Below, piece after piece: positions 19,174-26,857 of a stretch of DNA of 31,277 nucleotides (its first letter is position 1; the number at the start of each line of letters is the position of its first letter). Under the pieces are notes generated by a model that saw only the letters and a list, made by a program, of their open reading frames with translations, was not told the DNA's origin and did no database searches. The position numbers and the translations under genes were made by a program. This stretch comes from an uncultured bacterium (lineage in GTDB: Bacteria > Hydrogenedentota > Hydrogenedentia > Hydrogenedentales > JAEUWI01): positions 1 through 31,277 of the forward strand of contig CAXBPH010000057.1 of assembly GCA_963977445.1 (NCBI GenBank), read 5' to 3'.

Positions 19174-20700
19174 ATGGCAGAGACCACCGACGACGTCTAT
19201 GGCCGATTGGGTACGGTCGTTGAGGACTGGAACTTTCAAATCGTCCAGTCCCATGAAGCCCTGGCCCGCCAGATTCAGACTGCCCGCAGCCATCTAGATC
19301 GCCTGGTTGAGCCCAATGCCGCCCCAGCGGAGGGCGCGACGCCCCCTGCGGGCGATGGGCAGGAACAAATACGTGAACTGGAAGCGCAGGTTGCACAACT
19401 GACGACCGATCTGCAACGGGCCCGATCTGCCGCTCCGCCCATGGTCGGCGCACCACCGTCGGACTACCCCGAGGTCGATCTCACCCTGCAGGCCACTTCG
19501 GCCGATGCCCTGAGCGAGGCCATGGCGGCGTTGACGGAAGCCCGCGAAGTAAACCAAACCTTACAAGAGACACTTGAAATCCGTGACCAGGATTTGTCGC
19601 AGCTCCAGGAATCCATGGCCGCACTAACGGCTACGGAAACCGAAGCGATCGAAGACACGGCGGGTTTGGAAGAAAAGGCCGCGCATGAACAGGCGCTGAA
19701 CCTTGCACAAACCCAGTTGGCCGAGGCCGAAGCGCGCAACGACACCTTGACGACTGAACTGACGAACGCACAGGAAGCGCTGGCGGCTGCGGTAGTCGTC
19801 GAAAACGAGTCCACCGAAGATACTGACGGTGCAGCGGAGAAGGCAGCGCTCGAAGAGGCACTGAGCCTTGCACAGACCCAGTTGGCCGATGCCGAAACGC
19901 GCAACGAAACCTTGACAGATGAATTGGCAACTGCGCTGAAAAACGCGCCCTCCCAAGACGACCTGGAAAATGCACAGGAAGCCTCTAATGTCGCGCTGGA
20001 GCGGTGCCGCTCCCTGGAAGTCACGATAGCCGAATTGGAAGAAGCGCTGGCCCTGGCCCAACAGACGCCTGTGGAATCTTCCGATGACGGGCAACCGTCG
20101 GAAGCCTTCCAGGAACAGTTAAGCGCGCTTCAGGAGGCCCACGATACCGCCCAGGCCCGAATCGTTGAACTGGAAGAAGCCCTCGCGAACGCGCAGGCCG
20201 CAACGGAAATGCCCCACCGTAATGTCGACGGCTCCCTTCAGATCGAAGCCTTCGATGCACAGGGACATAAAAAACGCATGGGTGAGATTCTCCTGGAACT
20301 CGGCGTGCTCGACGAAGACCAACTCAAGGCGGTATTAAAGGCCCAGAGCACCGATCCCCAACATCGACTGGGTGCCTTGGTGATCGAACATGGCTTCACG
20401 GGAGAGGATATTGTGGCAAAAATACTGGCCGCCCAGCTCCGCCTGCCCTACGCCGATATCGAAGGGATGGAAATCGACCCCGAAATCGTCGCGCTGGTGA
20501 GTCCCCATGTGACGCGATTGCACCACTGCGTCCCGCTGAGGGAAGAAAACGGCATCCTCACGGCGGCCATGCTGAATCCCCTCGATCTTATTGCCATCGA
20601 AGACCTCGAACTGGCAAGCGGGTGCCGGGTATCTCCGGTCGTTTCGACCAAGTCCCAAATCGATGCCTGCCTCGAAACGCTTTACCCTGAATCGGACTGA
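19174..20700 (+). CDS. Acidic coiled-coil protein with a C-terminal MshEN domain and no ATPase (508 aa)
   Basis: Long E/A/L-rich heptad region. Tandem motifs RMGEILLELGVLDEDQLKAVLKAQ and RLGALVIEHGFTGEDIVAKILAAQ, then AAMLNPLDLIAIEDLEL. Confidence 0.88.
   Translation: MAETTDDVYGRLGTVVEDWNFQIVQSHEALARQIQTARSHLDRLVEPNAAPAEGATPPAGDGQEQIRELEAQVAQLTTDLQRARSAAPPMVGAPPSDYPEVDLTLQATSADALSEAMAALTEAREVNQTLQETLEIRDQDLSQLQESMAALTATETEAIEDTAGLEEKAAHEQALNLAQTQLAEAEARNDTLTTELTNAQEALAAAVVVENESTEDTDGAAEKAALEEALSLAQTQLADAETRNETLTDELATALKNAPSQDDLENAQEASNVALERCRSLEVTIAELEEALALAQQTPVESSDDGQPSEAFQEQLSALQEAHDTAQARIVELEEALANAQAATEMPHRNVDGSLQIEAFDAQGHKKRMGEILLELGVLDEDQLKAVLKAQSTDPQHRLGALVIEHGFTGEDIVAKILAAQLRLPYADIEGMEIDPEIVALVSPHVTRLHHCVPLREENGILTAAMLNPLDLIAIEDLELASGCRVSPVVSTKSQIDACLETLYPESD
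19651..19926 (+). repeat. Intragenic duplication with a 165-nt (55-aa) period in the coiled coil
   Basis: EDTAGLEEKAAHEQALNLAQTQLAEAEARNDTLTTEL (19651-19761) versus EDTDGAAEKAALEEALSLAQTQLADAETRNETLTDEL (19816-19926). Confidence 0.85.
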
Positions 20701-20702
20701 TA

Positions 20703-21320
20703 CAGCGTTTAATTCATTTTTAACCACAAAGAACGCAAAGAACACAGAGAAACAATTCCTTTGTGTTCTTTGTACTACTATCCGTAATTGTCTTGTTTTT
20801 TTCGCAAAGACTTATTGGACACAAACTTCACATCATATTGTCCCCGCAAATTTTACAGCGCCGTCATCCTCGCGAACGCGGGGATCCAGTAACGCGAACA
20901 CAGACACCGGTGATACCCTCTAGATTCCCGCGTGCGCGGGAATGACGCCCCTTCTCTTTTGGATTGCGGCAAACGGCTGCCCTGCGTTCTTTGTGGTTGA
21001 AAAACGTTTTTCGTAGCGACCAAGGCCTTTGGCACCTCTACCCCACAATTAGCCAAACCAAACAAACACGTCGTGCGTTCCTATGCTGGCGGCAATGCCT
21101 GTGGGGACTGCTATTCTCCAGCGCGTAATTCATTGTTAACCACAAAGAACGCAAAGAACACAGAGAAACAATTCCTTTTGTGTTCTCTGCGTTCTCTGTG
21201 GTTGAAAAACGTTTTTCGTAGCAACCAAGGCCTTTGGCTCGTCTACCCCACAATTAGCCAAACCAAACAGACACGTCGTGCGTTCTTTGTGGTTAAAAAA
21301 ACGTTTTCAGCAGCGACCAG
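20703..21320. repeat. Composite intergenic repeat mosaic between convergent genes: 9-nt-periodic palindromic element (intact at 21138-21203, interrupted at 20722-20998) plus a 91-bp tandem unit
   Basis: AACCACAAAGAACGCAAAGAACACAGAG...TGTGTTCTCTGCGTTCTCTGTGGTT hairpin. 20983-21080 is nearly identical to 21188-21285, with a further partial copy at 21279-21319. Confidence 0.9.
20863..20946. repeat. Inverted pair of dRS3/REP-like palindromes
   Basis: GTCATCCTCGCGAACGCGGGGATCCAG (20863-20889) and CTAGATTCCCGCGTGCGCGGGAATGAC (20920-20946). The second contains an exact ATTCCC-N8-GGGAAT (20924-20943). Confidence 0.85.
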
Positions 21321-21341
21321 AGCTGTTCTTCGTCCTTGCGG

Positions 21342-22772
21342 TTACTCACCTTCCACTTTGGCAAGAATCGCCTTCAGCTCCGATACCATTTCCGGCTTTT
21401 CGAGATAGAGGTTGTGGGCTTCGCCGGGATCGGCGTCGAGATTATAGAGTTGTCCCTCAGGACCGTCGTCGGTGGGCGCGATTTCTGAAGGTTTGCTGAA
21501 GCCCCCCGAGCCAAGTCCGGTAATGAGTTTCCAGGGGCCCTTGCGAACAATCATATAGTGCCGAGCGGAGTACAGAACCAGAGAATCCCGAAGAGGCGTC
21601 GCTTCAGGCTGGCTCCCCAGCAAGACGGGCAGAAAGCTCACACTATCGGATCCGGCACCATCGGGCAGGGACTTGTCGGTTACATCTGCAAAGGTCGCCA
21701 GCACGTCGGTAAAACAGATGGTCTGGGCGCTCTTCGTGTCGGGTGCGACCTTCCCAGGCCAGCGCACGATGAAGGGCATGCGGTGACCACTCTCCCAGGC
21801 ATCCCCTTTCATGCCCCGGAGTCCGCCGGTCGAATCATGGCTAAAACGCTGGGTGTCGGTGTCATACCAAACCGGCCCGTTATCGGAGCTGAAAATCAGC
21901 AAGGTGTCTTCACTTAGACCCGCGCGGTCGAGTGCCTGAAGCACGCGGCCAATCTGGGCATCGACCATCATGAGAAAATCGCCATACATACCAGCGCCAC
22001 TTTTGCCAGCAAACTCCGGTGCCGGCAGCCAGGGGGTGTGGGGCGCGGGATAGGCCAGGTAGAGCATGAGGGGCTTTTGGCGATTGGTCTTTTCAATTAC
22101 CGCAATGGCTTCGTCGGTAAATCGGGGCAGCACATCCTTCAGGGCCAGGTCAGGCGCAATACCCCCTTCACGCCAGAAGGCCCCCTGTATCGGCGTCCAT
22201 CCGTCGCTGTTGTTGGCGGCAATATGATTGGTAGGTGGCTGGACCGCATGGTTATCGCGAATGTAGAAATAGGGCGGAATGTCGGTGGAGGCGCGAATTC
22301 CAAAATAGGAATCAAAGCCCCGATCCACCGGGCCACCGGGCAAGGGATTCTCGTAGCCGTTTTCCTGAAAACCCAGATGCCACTTCCCCACCATGGCGGT
22401 CTGGTATCCCTGCGTCTGGAGGATGGAGGCCATGGTCACCTGATCGTCATCGATGAGGGGACGTTCCCGCCAAGGGGTCACGTCAGTGCGAAAGGGGTAA
22501 CGTCCCGTAAGCAAACCATAGCGGGACATGTGGCAGAGGGGTCCGGGCGCGTGGGCGTCGGTAAATCGCATACCGGCCCGGGCGAGGCTGTCGATGTTGG
22601 GTGTGGGGATTTTCGAGTCGGGGTTGTAGCAGCCTGGGTCACCGTAGCCCATGTCGTCAACGAGAATGAAGACGATATTGGGGTGGGTGGTCGCGGCGTA
22701 GGCGGCGGGGCCCTTCAGCGCAGCGAGTGTCACGATGGTCAACACGGCCCGGATGGAGCAAGAAATTTTCAC
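21342..22772 (-). CDS. Arylsulfatase-family (formylglycine-dependent, S1) sulfatase, probably exported
   Basis: PNIVFILVDDMGYGD, LCHMSRYGLLTGRY, GYQTAMVGKWHLG, APHTPW, SSDNG and WESGHRMPFIVRWPG. The start is uncertain: GTG at 22772 gives a signal peptide ending AYA, while the ORF track extends to 22907. Confidence 0.92.
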   Translation of the reverse strand: MKISCSIRAVLTIVTLAALKGPAAYAATTHPNIVFILVDDMGYGDPGCYNPDSKIPTPNIDSLARAGMRFTDAHAPGPLCHMSRYGLLTGRYPFRTDVTPWRERPLIDDDQVTMASILQTQGYQTAMVGKWHLGFQENGYENPLPGGPVDRGFDSYFGIRASTDIPPYFYIRDNHAVQPPTNHIAANNSDGWTPIQGAFWREGGIAPDLALKDVLPRFTDEAIAVIEKTNRQKPLMLYLAYPAPHTPWLPAPEFAGKSGAGMYGDFLMMVDAQIGRVLQALDRAGLSEDTLLIFSSDNGPVWYDTDTQRFSHDSTGGLRGMKGDAWESGHRMPFIVRWPGKVAPDTKSAQTICFTDVLATFADVTDKSLPDGAGSDSVSFLPVLLGSQPEATPLRDSLVLYSARHYMIVRKGPWKLITGLGSGGFSKPSEIAPTDDGPEGQLYNLDADPGEAHNLYLEKPEMVSELKAILAKVEGE

Positions 22773-22939
22773 GCGATTGAATCTCTCAAGGTTTGAGCCC
22801 CGACTATCCGGCCCGACATGACATTCTAATTTCACGGCCTGCCTTCGCAGGCGACCGGAATTTGAAGATTTGAATCTTACTACAACAGATTCGAGGCTAT
22901 TGCCCATGTTTCATTGAGGATATCTTCTAAGAACGTTTC

Positions 22940-23084
22940 TTTAGACAGGATTTACAAGATTTACAAGATTGACCGCAAGCGTACGACTCCCGCCAATGCA
23001 TGAACATTCGTGATTCAATTCTTAGACAACCACCAAAGGTCGACACAGGCAAAAATCCTGTAAATCATGTTAATCCTGTCTAAA
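22940..23084. repeat. 145-bp MITE-like element with 31-bp terminal inverted repeats of 9-nt periodicity
   Basis: TTTAGACAGGATTTACAAGATTTACAAGATT (22940-22970) versus the reverse complement of 23054-23084, TTTAGACAGGATTAACATGATTTACAGGATT (28/31 identical). Confidence 0.85.
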
Positions 23085-23125
23085 TATTAAAACGGCGGCG
23101 AACGTACTCGGGCGCTCGCCGCCGT
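23082..23125 (-). terminator. Probable intrinsic terminator after the epimerase gene
   Basis: Stem ACGGCGGCGA/TCGCCGCCGT (23092-23101/23116-23125), followed on the minus strand by TTTAATATTT, 8 nt after the stop codon. Confidence 0.7.
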
Positions 23126-23133
23126 ATTGCTTG

Positions 23134-24066
23134 TTACATTGCCACAAAGGTGTCCATGGGCTTGGAGACGAACTCCGTAAGATAGGCGAGGTCACCGCCG
23201 GCCACTTCCGCCGCGATATGCCCTTCGTAGCCTACTTCGTCGAAGGCCGCCATGACGGCAGGCCAGTCCACATCGCCTTCCTGGAGCTTGCAGAATGAAT
23301 TGCCATTCCGCTTGAAGTCTTTGATATCGACCCGGGCAATACGTTTGCCCAAGGTGCGAATCCAATCTTCCGGATAGCCGAACTGAACGACATTACCCAC
23401 ATCAAACCAGAACTGGATGTATTTGCTGTCGATCTCGTCGATGAAGGCCGCCGCTTCGAGGGGGCTCAACAGGAACTTGTTCCATACGTTTTCGATACCG
23501 ATGGTAATGTTCATCCGTTCGGCATCTTCGGCGAGGATCTTGATGCGCTCGACCGAGCGGGTCCAGGCATCCTGGTAGCGGGTCGCAGGATTCACCACGG
23601 CGGGTACGAGGAGTACCATATCGCCGCCAAGGGCCTTAACATTTTTCATGCTGAGACGCATGTCTTCTATCGTCTCTTCATAGACCGCCGGATCGGCATC
23701 ACTGAGGGGCTTGCCCCAGTGCTTGGAACAAACGATGGCATCCACGGGCAATTCATGCTTTTCGGCAGCCTTGGCATATTCATCGAGGGTGGCATCGTCG
23801 TAGATGGTACTGGGCTCGACGCTTGCGAAACCGGCTTCTTTGGCGATGGCAAAGCGGGCATCAATGCTCAGGGGCTTCTCTTCCGCATCTTTGCTGGCGA
23901 TCATGCCAAATTTGAGGGACTTGATCATGTTGCGTTTGGGGGCTGCCAGCGCGGTGGGCGCGGCGGTGGCGGAAAGAATCCCCGCCGCTACGCCGGTGGC
24001 GAGGGTGCTGGTGGCGATAAAATCGCGGCGGTTCATCGTCGGGTGAAGGGGTTTATCTTGCTGCAT
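23134..24066 (-). CDS. Tat-exported sugar phosphate isomerase/epimerase (xylose isomerase-like TIM barrel, AP_endonuc_2 family)
   Basis: Twin-arginine signal MNRRDFI...TALAA. Metal-binding motifs IGIENVWNKFL, FDVGNV, DIKDF, GDVDWPAV and AEV. An alternative start lies at 24036. Confidence 0.88.
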   Translation of the reverse strand: MQQDKPLHPTMNRRDFIATSTLATGVAAGILSATAAPTALAAPKRNMIKSLKFGMIASKDAEEKPLSIDARFAIAKEAGFASVEPSTIYDDATLDEYAKAAEKHELPVDAIVCSKHWGKPLSDADPAVYEETIEDMRLSMKNVKALGGDMVLLVPAVVNPATRYQDAWTRSVERIKILAEDAERMNITIGIENVWNKFLLSPLEAAAFIDEIDSKYIQFWFDVGNVVQFGYPEDWIRTLGKRIARVDIKDFKRNGNSFCKLQEGDVDWPAVMAAFDEVGYEGHIAAEVAGGDLAYLTEFVSKPMDTFVAM

Positions 24067-24491
24067 GGTTTAACTGTACTCCAAGGTTAGTCGCCTGAGT
24101 GACGGTATGGTATCGGGTAGATAGTAGCAGGAATGCTGATTCCGATCCACGCGCGGAAACCCATCTTTCCCTTGGACCTCGTTCCTATGCTAAAATACGA
24201 GATAGCACGTTACCGTAACTTGGAACGGATGTGTTGGGTCAGCGCACCCGCCTTGGGTGGGAATAAACGGTAAGTCCATACTGTTGTATATGTTGTGGAC
24301 GTATATGGCGAGTAGACCATTAGGTACCGAATCAGCCAGACGTGGGCTGAGTGGTGCGCCTTGGCTGCCCATACAGACCCCCGTCCTGTATTCTTACGCC
24401 ACCCGTTGGACTTTGGTGCCAACACACCCAACACAACGACTGCGCTACCGATAGTCCCCATACTATCTGGTGGCAGAACAGGAGATTGCAC

Positions 24492-25973
24492 ATGGCTTCC
24501 CCCTCCGGAAACCTGGAAACAGCCCAATATACCGGCACCCGCGTGGAGCAGAGTAACCAGCGCGCCGCCGAAGCGGCCCAGCGTGAATACAAGCACGGCT
24601 GGACCTCTGATATTGAGTCGGAGACCCTGCCGATTGGTTTGAGCGAGGACGTAATTCGCCTGATTTCGGCCAAGAAGAACGAGCCCGAGTGGATGCTCGA
24701 ATGGCGGCTTAAGGCCTATGCGGCCTGGCAGCGTTTCGACGGCGAAGAACCCACCTGGGCCAAGGTACACTATACCAAGCCTGACTTTCAGGCCATCAGC
24801 TACTATTCGGCCCCGAAAGAGAAGAAGAAGCTCAACAGCCTGGACGAAGTGGACCCGGACATCCTGGCGACCTTCGAAAAGCTGGGCATTCCCCTTCAGG
24901 AACAGAAACGTCTCAGTGGCGTGGCCGTGGACGCTGTTTTTGACAGTGTCTCCGTGATCACCACCCACAAGGACATCCTGGCCAAGCGTGGAATCATCTT
25001 CTGCAGCATGTCGGAAGCCATCCAGGAACACCCCGAGCTCGTCAAGAAGTACATCGGTGCGGTGGTGCCTCAGGCCGATAATTTCTATGCGGCCCTTAAT
25101 TCCGCCGTGTTCACCGATGGTTCCTTCGTTTATATCCCCAAAGACACCAAGTGCCCCATGGACTTGTCGACCTATTTCCGGATTAATCAGGAAAATACCG
25201 GCCAGTTTGAGCGCACCCTTATTGTGGCCGACGAAGGCAGCACGGTGAATTACCTCGAAGGCTGCACGGCCCCCATGCGGGATGAAAACCAGCTCCACGC
25301 GGCGGTGGTAGAGATTGTGGCCCTCAAGGGTGCCACGGTCCGCTATTCCACCGTACAGAACTGGTATGCCGGTGATACGGAAGGCAAGGGTGGTATCTAC
25401 AATTTTGTTACCAAGCGGGGTCGTTGTGAAGACAATGCCCGCATTTCCTGGACCCAGGTGGAGACCGGTTCGGCGGTTACGTGGAAATACCCCAGTTGCA
25501 TCCTCAAAGGGGACAACTCGGTAGGTGAGTTCTACTCCGTCGCCCTGACCAACAATCATCAGCAGGCCGATACGGGCACCAAGATGATCCATCTGGGCAA
25601 GAATACGAAGAGCATTTCTGCGGGTAAGAGCGACAGCAGCTACCGCGGCCTGGTCCAGGTGATGCCCAAGGCCACCAACAGCCGGAGCTACACCCAGTGT
25701 GACTCCCTGCTTATCGGCAACCAGTGCGGTGCCCATACCTTCCCCTATATTAACGTGCGCAATCGCTCTTCTTCGGTAGAGCACGAAGCGTCTACGTCGA
25801 AAATCAGTGAAGATCAGTTGTTTTATTGCCAATCCCGAGGTATTAGCCAGGAAGACGCCATTTCCATGGTCGTCAACGGATTCTGCAAGGAGGTTTTTGA
25901 CCACTTGCCCATGGAATTCGCCGTAGAAGCCTCGAATTTGTTGAGTCTGAGCCTCGAAGGGAGTGTCGGATAA
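24492..25973 (+). CDS. sufB: Fe-S cluster assembly protein SufB (493 aa; carries an apparent 6-aa deletion)
   Basis: [64 protein letters not shown] and SLEGSVG. AGGAG RBS at 24480-24484. Confidence 0.97.
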   Translation: MASPSGNLETAQYTGTRVEQSNQRAAEAAQREYKHGWTSDIESETLPIGLSEDVIRLISAKKNEPEWMLEWRLKAYAAWQRFDGEEPTWAKVHYTKPDFQAISYYSAPKEKKKLNSLDEVDPDILATFEKLGIPLQEQKRLSGVAVDAVFDSVSVITTHKDILAKRGIIFCSMSEAIQEHPELVKKYIGAVVPQADNFYAALNSAVFTDGSFVYIPKDTKCPMDLSTYFRINQENTGQFERTLIVADEGSTVNYLEGCTAPMRDENQLHAAVVEIVALKGATVRYSTVQNWYAGDTEGKGGIYNFVTKRGRCEDNARISWTQVETGSAVTWKYPSCILKGDNSVGEFYSVALTNNHQQADTGTKMIHLGKNTKSISAGKSDSSYRGLVQVMPKATNSRSYTQCDSLLIGNQCGAHTFPYINVRNRSSSVEHEASTSKISEDQLFYCQSRGISQEDAISMVVNGFCKEVFDHLPMEFAVEASNLLSLSLEGSVG

Positions 25974-26738
25974 ATGCTCGAAGTAAAAAATCTTAAAGTC
26001 TCCGTTGACGGTAACCAAATCCTCAACGGCATCAATCTCTCCGTAAAAGCTGGTGAAGTGCATGCCATCATGGGCCCCAACGGCTCAGGCAAGAGCACCC
26101 TCGCCCAGGTATTGGCCGGCCACGCTGCCTATGACGTGGATGAAGACGAAAGCAGTGTAAGCTTTTTAGAGCAGGATCTGCTGGAGATGCCTGCGGAAGA
26201 ACGGGCCCGGCTCGGTCTTTTTCTGGCCTTCCAGTATCCGGTAGAAATCCCCGGCATCTCCAACAGCTACTTCCTCAAGGCGGCGGTCAATGAAATCCGC
26301 ACCAGCCGCGGGTTGGAAGAGCTCGACGCCATGGACTTCGCCGACTTGCTGAAGGAAAAGATGGAGCTCATTAATGTGGACCCCAGCTTTGCCGACCGCT
26401 TTGTAAACTTCGGTTTTTCCGGTGGCGAAAAGAAGCGTAACGAAATTCTTCAGCTTGCGATTATGGAGCCGCGCTTGGCTATCCTCGACGAAACGGACTC
26501 GGGTCTTGATATCGACGCCCTCCGTGTCGTTTCTGAGGGCATCAACAAATTGCGCACAGCCAACCGCGCCTTTATTGTGGTCACCCACTACCAGCGCCTG
26601 CTGGAGCACATTATTCCCGACTTCGTCCACGTGCTCTATAAGGGCCGTATCGTTAAATCGGGTGGCAAAGAGCTTGCCCTGGAATTGGAAGACAAGGGTT
26701 ACGACTGGCTTCGCGAAGAAGACGCCGTAACAGCCTGA
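25974..26738 (+). CDS. sufC: Fe-S cluster assembly ATPase SufC
   Basis: GEVHAIMGPNGSGKST, FLAFQYPVEIPG, GFSGGEKKRNEILQ, ILDETDSGLDIDAL and THYQRLL. Confidence 0.98.
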   Translation: MLEVKNLKVSVDGNQILNGINLSVKAGEVHAIMGPNGSGKSTLAQVLAGHAAYDVDEDESSVSFLEQDLLEMPAEERARLGLFLAFQYPVEIPGISNSYFLKAAVNEIRTSRGLEELDAMDFADLLKEKMELINVDPSFADRFVNFGFSGGEKKRNEILQLAIMEPRLAILDETDSGLDIDALRVVSEGINKLRTANRAFIVVTHYQRLLEHIIPDFVHVLYKGRIVKSGGKELALELEDKGYDWLREEDAVTA

Positions 26739-26857
26739 TGTTCGGTTCGCGCCCGGCATCCTCATTGGGGATGTGGCGCAACCAGGACGCTTTACCCTTG
26801 TTTTATTAACGTACGCGAAGCGGAAACGGGCAAAACGCCTTCCGCTGGAGTAATTTA

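Noticed and set aside
17958..20700. Calling these genes pilB/gspE/mshE or pseudogenes of them
   Set aside because: No ATPase domain and no downstream ATPase remnant. The MshEN domain is C-terminal, with intact ORFs and promoters.
20703..21320. CRISPR array or small protein genes (ORFs 20591-20923, 21073-21408, 21038-21253)
   Set aside because: No constant repeat with unique spacers. The ORFs are translations of the palindromic repeats (TTKNAKNTEK, LCSLRSLWL).
22773..22907. N-terminal extension of the sulfatase
   Set aside because: It would bury the signal peptide about 45 residues inside the protein, so the downstream GTG is more plausible.
24351..24491. N-terminal extension of SufB in the ORF track
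   Set aside because: No SufB-like character, and a strong AGGAG RBS precedes the ATG at 24492.
24210..26063. 617-aa minus-strand ORF
   Set aside because: Antisense shadow of sufB/sufC in GC-rich DNA with no recognisable motifs.
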